Positions 1-11,039 of a stretch of DNA of 64,000 nucleotides are shown piece by piece. The stretch comes from Podarcis bocagei (Eukaryota). The position numbers and the translations under genes were made by a program. Below the pieces are notes generated by a model. The model was not told the origin of the DNA. It ran no database searches and was given only the letters and a program-made list of their open reading frames with translations. How positions within the stretch are numbered: position 1 is the first letter of the stretch; each line of letters begins with the position of its first letter. Where the stretch lies: NCBI GenBank assembly GCA_964188305.1, contig OZ076893.1. One strand, 5' to 3'.

Positions 1-826
1 TCTAATCAGAAGTCCTATTTAATTTAATGGGGCTTCCCCTTCTGGTAAGTACAGTTAGGAACGCAGTCATAGCCTTCATTTGAGTGATATGGCTTAGTAA
101 CCTTGCATATATAGACAGAGCAAAACAAAAATGTGTCTTATCAATAAGCAGTAAAATGTACTGCTAATAGCATGAGGGGCATTAGAGAGATTTCAGATTA
201 TGCTCCTATGTGGTATAAAGGCTCTCCTTAACTACAAGCAAATGTGTCTTGAGTCAGTTACTAGCAGTCAGTTAGTAAAAATGATTTTAAACATTAGCTT
301 AAATTGGTCTCTGTTCTTAGTGATTTAAAATCAATCCACTCCGGGGGCGGTGCATTCTGTTTTGCTGCTTGCTGCTGCCTCACCATACCACACTTACCTA
401 TGTTGTGCGGCGGCAGCCACAAAGCACCAGCAGCAGCGCTGGCTTTCATGAGATCTTGTGAGATTTCGGAGAGATCTCATTGGATACCGGCACCACTGCC
501 AGTGGAGGCAGAGAGACAGTGAGTGGAGGAGAGGTGGGTGCTGCCTGTTGGTATTCTGCCGCTCAAAGTGGGCACCTCACCTTGCCTCGCCAATAGGCCG
601 GGCCTGAAACACTCCGCTCTCTCCCTAAGGCTTGCTAGTCTAATGGAATTGTTTGTTTTATTTAAACCGCTGACTCTCATGAAAGATCACAAATTATTTT
701 TGCAAATCCACCCAGTCTTACAAGTGGTTTGCCATGCACCTTTCAGGAGCTGTACAAAAAACAAACAAATCCCGTTCTCATGGTATAATAGAACTAGCCG
801 CTCAGTTCTTTGGATCCTGGCCAGTA

Positions 827-1068
827 CAGTGGTACCTCGGGTTAAGTACTTAATTCATTCCGGAGGTCCGTTCTTAACCTGAAACTGTTCTTAACCTAAA
901 GCACCACTTTAGCTAATGGGGCCTCCTTCTGCTGCCGCGCCGCTGGAGCACAATTTCTGTTCTCATCCTGAAACAAAGTTCTTAACCCGAGATACTATTT
1001 CTGGGTTAGCAGAATCTGTAACCTGAAGCGTATGTAACCTGAAGCGTAAGTAACCTGAGGTACCACTG
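827..1068. mobile_element. Tc1/mariner-pogo-type MITE
   Basis: TIR CAGTGGTACCTC...GAGGTACCACTG with TA on both sides (825-826, 1069-1070); internal TAACCTGAAG repeats. Confidence 0.9.
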
Positions 1069-1110
1069 TATTTGCAATGACTCTTCAACAAACTAAGATT
1101 TTGTACTTAC

Positions 1111-1171
1111 CCTGATGGAGTCACAAGGAGGCTGAAGTTAAATAAATACTCCACAACTGTACAGGCATCAC
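1111..1171 (-). other. FBXO43: Candidate 5' exon of FBXO43 (Emi2)
   Basis: Minus-strand pyrimidine tract+TAG acceptor and GG|GTAAGT donor; in frame with the exon at 2853-2932. Gene identity from vertebrate synteny only (FBXO43 lies head-to-head with POLR2K). Confidence 0.3.
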
Positions 1172-1477
1172 CTAGGATGCTGAGGGACAAAAACATTTGC
1201 TATTACAAAACATAGCATAGCTTTCTTAGACTTTAGTATATGGTGGGCCAAAGTTTCTTATGATTGTATGGGAATCACAGGTTGTGCAGAACACAGCAAC
1301 CTATCCCATGGTAGGTTATCAGCTGACAGTATGAATGAGGTCTCCCAAGTCCTGCACTGCCTTCCAATTATAATCCAAGGTAGACCTATAGAGTCTTAAA
1401 ATGCATTTGTAATGCAGTTACTACCTCCACCCTCCAGTTAAGTTTGTACTGTGTGCTTGGGATAACATTTCATGTGT

Positions 1478-1545
1478 TTGACGAAGTGGACTCTACAAAG
1501 GTATTGTGAATTATAAATGTTTCACTCTTTAAGGCACAAGACTAA
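1478..1545 (+). mobile_element. Decayed Penelope-like pLTR remnant
   Basis: TTGACGAAGTGGACTCT...TCTTTAAGGCACAAGAC resembles the CTGAAGAAG...TCTTTAAGGTGC motifs of the copy at 33526-33756. Confidence 0.45.
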
Positions 1546-2852
1546 CACACCGACGCAGAGAACAAACTGACATTTTTAGTGTCTTCCTTGTAAAATAAAA
1601 AGGAGGCTTAAATAGCTAAGTTTTTAGCTTAAAGTAAAGACAGCTGAAGGAAAATGACACAGGATTATAAAAACCATGAACAATATAAAGAAAGTAACTA
1701 GAAGAAGTGTTATTCACATTCTCAACACAGGAGAACCATCTAACGAAGGGTCATCTAACGAAACGGATTGTTCTGAACTTGCTACTAGGGAGATGGAAGT
1801 ACTTCAAACAATACAAACATTTACCTAGAGAATCAACTGTCACAGTTGTTGCTATAGCCACTTGCACAGATGGCTTTAGGGTTGTCAGATCACAACCCGG
1901 AGGTTTCCCTGTACTTTTAATCTAACACTGAATCAGAAGTTAATTTCTCTCTCCCTATTTCCCTGTCTTTTTGCTTGTGTCTTGTCCCTCTGTGATAGTA
2001 AGCACTCCTGATCAGCTGCAAATCATGTCTCATTCAGTGGTGGACTTAAAAGTACAGAGGAGCTTTTCAAACGACTCCTGGAAAGTGGAAACTTACTATT
2101 TTTTTAAAGGCTTAGATATATATACACACTGTTTACTGCTTAGGAAAATTGCAAAATGGAACCTCCATTGGTGGCAAGTTGTAATTACCAGCTATCTGGA
2201 GCAAACAGGAAATTATCACCTGTACACAAGATACCAGTGTCATCTTCCTCACTTGCTTGGAAGATGTTTAGAATTTAGAACTATGATCCTCTGCTTTAAG
2301 TAAGTAAGAAAAGAAAAAGTTATTAGTATAAATGCAGAGCCAGTACAAGACATAGAAGGCAATAGTGTGTGTTTCTGGAAACAACTAGATTGGGATCATA
2401 ATTTCTTAAGGCACCATCCCCAGTATGCTCTGTTTAGGTGGCCTGCAAATTAATGCAAAAAAGGATAATTGTGCCTAAAAACAAAACTACAAATGTAAAG
2501 TCTTAACTTTACAGCTTTCTCTGTAGTGACTTTTAAAAATACTGACTATAAAAAACTGTTTGTCAATGTGTCTGTTTTAAGCAAGAGCATTAGAAAAGCA
2601 GGATTTTCTAGTGCAAATGTGTATTTTCTTCACCATCATTTCATCACCTATACCATAGTAACAGTACAATCCTACAGGTGTCTACTCAGAAGTAACTCCC
2701 ATTGTTATTCCCAGATAATTGTGTACAGCCTCTACAGAACACTTTCTCCTTCCTTAGCTAGGATTTCATTAACTCCATCATTCAGGAGTGATTTAGGGGA
2801 GAACAGTGGCTGTGTGAGATCTCCCTCAAAACCACACAACAGCCCTACTTAC

Positions 2853-2932
2853 CTTGTGAATTTGAAAGGCAGGAGTCGCTTCTCATGAAGGTTTCCTTAT
2901 TGTTAAAATCAAAATACCAGTACCTTTTTAAC
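2853..2932 (-). other. FBXO43: Candidate 5' exon of FBXO43 containing ATG (MRSDSCLSNSQ)
   Basis: Long pyrimidine tract+CAG acceptor at 2933-2935 and AAG|GTAAGT donor at 2852; downstream of the CpG-rich 3240-3900 segment; identity by synteny. Confidence 0.4.
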
Positions 2933-3239
2933 CTGGGGAAGAGGGAACGGTGAAATGGAGGAAAGGCGTCCAAGGTTGAATAAAAGAAACAGAACAAGCC
3001 AAGCACTCTACCAAACATACAATCTTAATCATGAAACTGATAGGTATGGTTAGAGTCAAAGTATGTTCAAATGAATGGATTAACATTAAAGTTAATTAAC
3101 TGTACTCTGTTTTCTTTTAGTAAATGGCCTAAAATAACAGGGACAGAAACGGGACTTTGAGGGGTTCAGTCACCTTGAGTGCGAAACACCACCAGCAGCA
3201 GTTCCACACCCCCCAAATCCTCGCACAAGTCAATGGAGA

Positions 3240-3900
3240 CGGTGAAAAGGGCTCTGCTCCCACATGTGGAGCAAGAGATGGGTGGGAGGCGGCGGCTGGG
3301 AAGAGTGATTAAAGAGGGCTTTTAAAAGGGAACGAATTCGCACCCATCCTAAGAACTGGCAGGGGCTGCGCGCAAGATCTATGCAGAAAGAGCACGGCTC
3401 TCTGCCTGTTGGAGAAAAAGCAGCAGCAGCAGCAGCTCTGGGCTTCCCCCGCTCCAGCTCGCCTCAGCCCCAGAGCGTTGCCCTAAGCGAGAAAGAGAAA
3501 CGCCTCCCGCTGCACTGCCCGCGTGCGCCTGCCGTGGTTTTCCCTCGCTCAGTTTTGAACTACCCGCCTTTTCCCAACTGCTGCAGCTTCTCTCCTCCGC
3601 TCCCTCTTCCTCCGCGTTGCCTCCTAGGAGAGGAGCTCAGAACGGACGCCACGCGCCAGACCGGCAGAAAGAGGGAGGGAGGGAGGCAGAGGGGAGAAGT
3701 TGCAGTTGTGCATTAATTGCAAAGGACAGAAAGTTTTGTGAACTGAGGCCGGGCAAGGAGCAAGTTGCAGAGCTTTTCTCTGAAGGCGTGCTAGCTAACA
3801 CGCGTCGATGCGTGTGCATTTTTATAACCTGGGGGCGTGTGAAGGAGGGCTTTGGCCTGTCGATTTCCTATGGTTGACCTCCTTACCCCATGACCCACTT
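3240..3900 (-). promoter_or_regulatory. CpG-rich promoter/first-exon region, probably FBXO43
   Basis: Local GC/CpG enrichment, (CAG)5 tract, lies upstream of the minus-strand exon candidates. Confidence 0.5.
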
Positions 3901-4419
3901 CCTTTCACAAAAACTGGATTTCTCTGACCGTCTTCGGTGTTTTTCAGCCACACATGAACACATTTTATACCCCATATTCATTGAGGTGGATGTACACATT
4001 CTCCCCCCCTTCCCTATAGTAGATTAGAATTTCCACTTCCCCCGCTATTAAGGAGAAGAGAAATGTCATCTTTCACAGCATACAGAACTAATGTGAAGAA
4101 TGAGCCAGGAAATCCAAGGTCCAAATCCTGCAAGGACCACAAATTGCAGTTCCCTCACTCCACCTGCAATGTTGACTAGTGTTGACTAAGTGTAGTGAGG
4201 GCTCGCTGTGAGTGTATTTTTTAATTATAAGGTTTTTTAAAGTGTATTTTAAATGGCAATCTGCCCTGGGACTTTAGGGTGAAAGGCAATCAATACATTA
4301 AAAATTAAAATAATAATAAATATTATTACAAAACATTGCAAGATAATGGAAGTGAATTGCTTTGAACGGTAATAAACGGAAATCTGCCCTTATTCCCTTA
4401 TGGGGTACACAAGAGCCCT

Positions 4420-5115
4420 TGTAGAGTCCTTTGCAGGTTCGCCATCGGTCGGAGAAAAATAACAGAGGCCAACCAGAGAATTTTGAGAAGCAAAGCAGCT
4501 AGTAAGCCTGATTTTTATTGATCTGTTGCAACAGGGTGCTCCCCTCACACGGAGGAGAGGAGGACCCAGAACCCAGCTTTGCCCTTATATAGACATTTTA
4601 AATTGCCCACCCTGGAGTTCAAGACCACCCCCAGAAACATCATAAATACACCACAGAAATCTGAGTGTGTTTTTTATCTCCTGTCTGGCAGGTTACCTGT
4701 TATTCCTTACTTGATTGGATACCCTGGGGAGCCTGGTCAGTCTTTTGTAATGATAAATACTTAGTTCCTGAGCTGAGTCACAGGCTCACACCCTATTCAT
4801 ATCTTAAATGTGCCCTTAAGACAGGATTTGTGAGAAAAGAACCAATGGGGAGGTTTCCCACTTTGACCTTGCAGAGAAATATTTGAGGTCAATTTGTTCA
4901 GGACTTTTTTCTGTGGGGTTTCAGACATGTGGTTTATATATTTTTGTATGTGTTTACTTGGTACATTTATGAACAGAAGTCTAAAATACTACTGTATACT
5001 CCTTAAAAGCTTAGTAGTAGTATTCTTACTATTTGCTTCTCTGTTTTTGGTTTGCTCCTACTGTATTTGGTTTACTTCTAGAGTGTGTAATTCTTTGTAT
5101 AACTACTCAGAAACA
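4420..5115 (-). mobile_element. Solo LTR (ERV-like)
   Basis: TG...CA ends with 6-bp direct repeat AGCCCT (4414-4419, 5116-5121); minus-strand TATATAA (4585-4591) followed by AATAAA (4514-4519). Right boundary uncertain because it overlaps a hairpin MITE. Confidence 0.55.
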
Positions 5116-5596
5116 AGCCCTACTACGTTCAGTGGGGCTTACAGGAAAGTGTTTGGGCACCCAACCTACCTGAAAGATACAGAACTAATTTGCATCAAAA
5201 GACCCCTTGTGACAAGACACACTGCCTCCTAACTCTTTTTTTCTTGGTAGGGGTGGGAATTGGCGTGACTACTTGACATGAGAAAAATACACGTTGCAAA
5301 CGCTCAGATCTATTTTTAATCATAACCAGCTTATAAACTTTTAAGAGAGAGTAAAGGAGGGGGCGGGAAGTAGACTACAGTAAGGAAGTAGACACAACCC
5401 CTGATAAAGATTTTGGGTCTGAGCTCCGAGCCACAGTTCAAGTTTTACCTATGATAAATGTTTAAAACGTACGTTGCAGTGCAGTGTAATACTGGAAGCT
5501 AATATACTGAAGTTAAAACCTGAACAAATTGTTATAAGAAAAAACTGCTCCTTTGAATTCCTATAACAAAGTATTTGCTGAGCAAACCATTAACAT

Positions 5597-5678
5597 CGCA
5601 ATCCTAAAACATGTCTACTCAGAAGTAAGTCCCACTGAATTCAATGGGACTTACTCCCAGGTAAAAAGATTGCAGCCT
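5597..5678. mobile_element. Short palindromic MITE (PIF/Harbinger-like), one of about 10 copies in the window
   Basis: GCAATCCT...GATTGCAGCC termini, central hairpin AGTAAGTCCCA...TGGGACTTACT. Confidence 0.65.
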
Positions 5679-5754
5679 CTTAGTTTACTGAGTAATTGCG
5701 AAAGATTATAAAGCGCTAAATACGGTTGCAACCCAGCTCTTTAACAACACGCCT

Positions 5755-6110
5755 GAACTAGCGGGGCGGGACTTGCGGGCTTGCTGTGTGTGCTTCTTTC
5801 GTCATCAGCCTGCGCCCAATAGTAGTGCTCATTAGGCTGCGCCCTAGAGCCGTGCATGGGAGATACGAACTGGTAACGGAGCTGGTTTTTAAAAACCTGT
5901 TTTGGGGGGATTGTTTCTGTTGAAAGGTGAGGTGATAAATTCCCTAATCAGGCCCTTCCCCAAAAGTTGTAGCTCATTCGTGCTTCCGGGATTCGTTTCC
6001 TGCCTTCCGGGATGAGACTATAGATCGACCCGCGAGGGTTGAGTCATGGGTTGGTTGGGGAAGCGGGTAAATAATGTTGCGTCTTCCTCGTGTCGCGTGC
6101 TCTTTTCTTT
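5755..6110 (+). promoter_or_regulatory. POLR2K: POLR2K promoter / non-coding exon 1 region
   Basis: CpG-rich; GC box 5763-5770, CCAAT 5816-5820, two ETS CTTCCGG motifs (5983, 6004); candidate donors AAG|GTGAGG (5926) and CGG|GTAAAT (6066). Confidence 0.7.
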
Positions 6111-6300
6111 TGGCATACTCTTGCTTGGTTTTAAAAGTAAAAAATCGGCGTAATGAAGAAATCAGGTAGAAACCTTCCCTTTTCCAGCCTGTAACACCAT
6201 CACCCGATTTTATTTAACAACAAGCCTGAAGTGGACTTGTAAGAGAACTATGCGTACGAAACTCATAAAAGATCTGCATGATTTGTCTTCTTTTTACTGA

Positions 6301-6408
<108 letters not shown>

Positions 6409-6953
6409 TAGCTTCTTGGTAAGGTGGTTGTGCCATAGAGTGTTGCTGAAAAAGAGTTTTGTCTCATATTCATGCAGTCTGTCATTAATTGCATCTTAGA
6501 ATTCTGTAGGTTTAAATGAGAGGGAGGGAGATGAAGATGACACAAGTGTCTGTTGCTGCTTTGTTTGGGGTCTCTGCTCCCCACCACAGGGCCATTGGCT
6601 ACCAACTGTCCTGTGGAAAGGAGTATCAGATCCCAGCTTGTGCTCCAGTGGAATTAATTTTATTGGTGTATCTGTTGTATTTTATAAATGCTCTAGGCCA
6701 CTTTGAGGACTGGTGAAAAATCAAAATATAAAATATAAATCTTCTATATAAATATTGAACTCAGATATTGAACTCAGTATTGAACCATTCTAATTTGACG
6801 AACTCCAATATGAAATGTTAAGAACCTTTCATAATTCTAGTGTAAATTAATTTATAAAATACAGTGTGAATATAGGTTTTCTGGCCTCACAATCTAAAGG
6901 AGGAGTAGAGGGGTTTGACAGAGCGGCAGGGCTGGAGCTACAACTGTGATTTA

Positions 6954-7337
6954 GGGAGCAATCCTATGCACACAAAACTGGCATAAAATAAGCTGTTGTA
7001 GTTATACTAGTTCCAAACCCTGTTCAGTAGCAGGACTGTTTTTGCTCTGTCGAAAACAGAGGGGAAACAAGCCTTTAAAATGGTGTTCTACACTGGATTG
7101 CCAGGTCACAAGACCAAGCTGGGCAAGTTTAGGATCCAACCGAACCCACCTTTTCTGGTTGCAGACCTGGAACACCCCTATTTTTGAACCTACATGGGCC
7201 TCGGCTCAGCTCCAGCTCCACCAAGATGAGCAAGGTACACTGTTGTATCTTCAGCTGAGCTAGGAATTAGCCAGCTGAACCAGAAATCTGTATTGTAAAC
7301 AGCTAATTGCAGCATGTCTTGCCATAGGATTGCCCCC
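6954..7337. mobile_element. PIF/Harbinger-like MITE
   Basis: TIR GGGAGCAATCCTATG / CATAGGATTGCCCCC flanked by TTA / TAA. Confidence 0.7.
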
Positions 7338-7812
7338 TAAATCTGGATCATGTCAGTGCCGTAATATGATGATAGTAGGGTCAGTCTGGGATTCAGAGGA
7401 TCCTAGGCCAGCTCAGCCCCTACCTGGAATGTTCTAATTCAGGGTTTTCTGCCAGCTGCTGGTGGCAGAATCTCCCCCATTAGCACCTCCACCTGCATGT
7501 TCAGGTCGAATGGAGAGTTGTGTGCCAGCAGTGATGCATCACTCGACAAGTACAGGCCAGTAGGGCTGGGCGGAGGGACACCTCCACTCAATCCAACTTT
7601 CCCCTTAACCCCTCAGGACTTGGATTGCAGCCTAACTTCTCTAACATTTTAGTAAAATGAGTTAGCTAGACTCTGTTCTTTTCAATAAAATGTGACATTG
7701 TTTATAATATTTTGTGTGTTATAATAAAAGGACAGTTTTTCTCACACATTGTTAAGCTTTGTTCTCATTGCTTTGTTTCAATTTTCATATATTTTTTTAT
7801 ATATATTTTCAG

Positions 7813-7905
7813 AATGTCACACAGAAAATGAAATAAAAGCAAGAGATCCCATCAGATGCAGAGAATGTGGATACAGAATAATGTACAAAAAAAGAACAAA
7901 AAGAT
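7813..7905 (+). CDS. POLR2K: RPABC4 coding exon 2 (zinc ribbon [31 protein letters not shown])
   Basis: Matches RPB12; ends at U12-type donor GTATCCTT. Confidence 0.97.
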
Positions 7906-8702
7906 GTATCCTTCTATGTGGGCCTGTTCATTGCTTGATTATTGCATGCTGATCCTAACTACCTGAACTTTTAGAATTTGTTTAGAGTTGCTGTAATGTG
8001 ATGGCGTAATTTTACACTAATAAAGGTCTACAAATCTCATCAGTACTGAAAATACTTGTGCTGCAGTACTTTGATCCACTTTATATATACAGATACTCTG
8101 GTTGGTAAGTGTGTTCTTTGCCTGCCTTTCATTATACACAGCTTGGATGGATTAGTCATATTGTGAAATGTCATGTGTAAACTGGTCAGGCATAATTATT
8201 TTCAACTAAGGTTGTTACAACACATAGCACCATACTTGTGCATATGTATATACTGTATCCTAGTGGCTTTTAATTGCATGTCAGTGCCGTTGCATTCAGT
8301 GGTGTTTAAATAGATCAGGGGTTGTGAACCTGGTCCCTACCGCCCACTAGTGGGTGTTTCAGGATTCTAGGTGGACATTAGGGGGTTCTATGGCACAAGC
8401 TGAATCCTCCTATTGAGCACTGGTGGGCAGTAAGGAAGTTTTACCATCGAGAAAGATGCATTAGTGGGCGGTAGGTATAAAAAGGTTGACTACCCCTGAA
8501 ATAGAACAGCTGATTGCAGAGGGAGATGTGAAAGTTACACCTTGAACATTGGAAAGAAGCACAAAGCACAAACTTTCTGCTTCTTGCTTATGCCTCTTGT
8601 TGAAATGTGTTAGGAGCGTGAAATAATTGCTTGCATAATGCATATAACTAACCGTTGTTTTTTTCTCATGGTCTCCAGATTTTTTCTTTAACTCTACTAT
8701 AG
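7906..8702 (+). other. POLR2K: U12-type (minor spliceosome) GT-AG intron
   Basis: 5'ss GTATCCTTC; branch TTTCTTTAAC (8683-8692) about 11 nt before the AG; splicing restores ...KRLVVFDAR*. Confidence 0.9.
8316..8498. mobile_element. hAT-type MITE
   Basis: TIR CAGGGGTTGTGAACCT / AGGTTGACTACCCCTG; 8-bp TSD AAATAGAT/AAATAGAA. Confidence 0.85.
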
Positions 8703-8725
8703 TGGTTGTGTTTGATGCCCGATGA
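8703..8725 (+). CDS. POLR2K: RPABC4 last coding exon (LVVFDAR*)
   Basis: 61+93+23 = 177 nt = 58 aa + stop. Confidence 0.96.
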
Positions 8726-8843
8726 AGAAAACAGAAGATGCATCTGGTTTATGGCAATGTACTTTATTCATGTTAGACTTTGATTTTCTTATGGGCAAAT
8801 GCATTCTTCCATTCTGACAGTGTGTAAATTATTCTGTTATGAC

Positions 8844-8849
8844 AATAAA
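8844..8849 (+). terminator. POLR2K polyadenylation signal
   Basis: AATAAA about 120 nt after the stop, followed by U/GU-rich sequence. Confidence 0.75.
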
Positions 8850-8959
8850 GTTTTATTCCAGTACTTGGTTGACATTTTTGCCAGTAATGAAATCTGAGAA
8901 AACTTTTTTAAATCTTTTAAAGTTCTATATTATCACCCACTACCATAAAATCTAATTCT

Positions 8960-9440
8960 CTTCCTAACTGGGAACGAAAGGGATACTATTTTATGTTAAT
9001 AATGATCCCATTTCTTTGGAACAGCTGGCAACTAATACAGGAAATCTGAATTTCGAGTGGCTCCAGAAACACCAATGACAACATTTGTTATTGGACGCAG
9101 GATTGAAAACACAGGCTAGCCAGCCATTAACATGGTTAGAGAATTTAATATCTATGTGTGACCATGTAAGGGTATGGTGTTATTAATTTATGGAGGATTT
9201 GTAAGCAATTTGATAGGCCCTCTAGAGGGATTATGGGAGGGTATGAGAGACAGTTGTGAATGTGACTGGACACCACTTTAGACAAACCAGTTAAATCTGT
9301 CTCAGCATATGTTTGGGAAAATTCTATCAAGATAATCCATAGATGGTATAGGACACTGGTGCAATTACCTCATATGACATATGGATTTGCACCTTCCGTT
9401 TGGGAGGGATGCAATCACAGGAAAACATGTCCCCTTTGGT
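8960..9440 (+). mobile_element. Degraded L1/Tx1 ORF2 C-terminal fragment
   Basis: Translates to ENSIKIIHRWYRT..L...VWEGC, like the KxxHRWYxTP...CWRGC zinc-knuckle region of L1 ORF2. Confidence 0.55.
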
Positions 9441-9454
9441 TGTCTTTCTCTATA

Positions 9455-9710
9455 GGTAAAGGGACCCCTAACTGTTAGGTCCAGTCGCGGACGACTCTGG
9501 GGTTGTAGCGCTCATCTTGCTTTACTGGCTGAGGAAGCCAGCATACAGCTTCCGGGTCATGTGGCCAGCATGACTAAGCCACTTCTGGCAAACCAGAGCA
9601 CTACACAGAAACGCTGTTTACCTTCCTGCTGGAGAGGTACCTATTTATCTACTTGCACTACGTGCTTTCAAACTTCTAGGTTGGCAGGAGCTAGGACCGA
9701 GCAAGAGGAG
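9455..9710 (-). mobile_element. Sauria SINE, 5'-truncated
   Basis: Body matches the plus-strand copy at 59595-59944; TSD CTTTC(T/C)CTATA at 9444-9454 and 9711-9721. Confidence 0.9.
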
Positions 9711-11039
9711 CTTTCCCTATAACCCAGGGTTATTGATGGACAATACGTTTGGAAGTACCACAAATTATCCAGGAGCATGTGGATTTCACTGCTTAGTGTA
9801 GTGGTTATGAAAGGGAAAAAGAAACCACACACACATTTTATGCTGTTTGATGGTCATTTATTACATTAGCCAACAAATCAGGTTTACAAAACAACTTATC
9901 ACCAGTATCATCACAAATTTGGATGTCATTATATTTCTGCTCTGAAATTTATCCTTGAATATCTCAATCTCTTGGCTGAAGGAAATTGTGACATTATCTT
10001 GGCAATATACTCTGTAAGAACAACACAGGCAAGACTATGTATAAGAATGAATGTGATTACTTACCTGGCTTCTGACACGGGGGGGGGGAGTTGTTTTTTT
10101 TATTTCTTGTTATAGTCAATTTCTATTTTGTGACTTTGTACAATATGTATATCATTGAAAAACAAATTAAAATAGTTAAAAATTCATTTAAGGTCTAATG
10201 TGATTGTAGCATCTACGGTAAGTCAAACAAGTGGCTAAATCTAGTTGACAGAATCTCTTATGTCTGAGGGGATGGAAAAAAGCATGGGGTGATGATAGTG
10301 GGGTCAGAACCAGGTTAGTATAATGGTTAAAAGTGTAATCATGGAGCTCAAGGTTCAAATGCTTGCTTGGCCTTGAAGCCCTCTGAGGGCATCAGATCTA
10401 TTTTTCCTTAGTTTTGTGTACTTTGCAGATACCTAATAACTTGTCCTAAATGCCCTGCCATCTGATGGTGCAGAAATAATACAAATTGCCACCAGCTGAG
10501 TGAAGGACCAATGATTTTCTCCATTTACTGTTCCTATGCCATCAATTTCCAGCAAGCAGATGGAGGAAAGCTGGATCTCTTTTTTTTCTATTTTGTGTTA
10601 AATTGCAGCGTAACCCTGACATCTACTCAGAAATAAATCCTGTTGAATTTAATTGAGGGTTAGGCTAAGGCTGCAACTCTAACTCCACCTAGTAGTGTGA
10701 GGCCCCACTGATTTAAATAGGATTTGCATCTCTGTGTACAGGGTTAGAATTGTGCTACTACTTGTGTATTCCATTGTGCAGGTATCTTGTTTGCCTCCTT
10801 GAGCCTACTAATGAAAAGCCACCTTTAAGGTGGCATATCGGTTGTACTGTTCTTATAGCAGAAGTTTGGTCCTGGGTGGTGTTTTTTTATTTATTATTAA
10901 TTATGATGCTTTTTAGTTGCTGAACTTCATTGCTTTTATTGCCCGTTGCTTTTGTTCGGCGAGTGTAAAACATGGTGGGATTGGGATATATTTAGAACAA
11001 ATTCAATAGACAAGAAGACGAAACATTAAACCGTTTTTA

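Noticed and set aside
7906-7952. Read-through C-terminus [15 protein letters not shown] of the POLR2K ORF
   Set aside because: Intronic; the true C-terminus LVVFDAR is encoded at 8703-8725.
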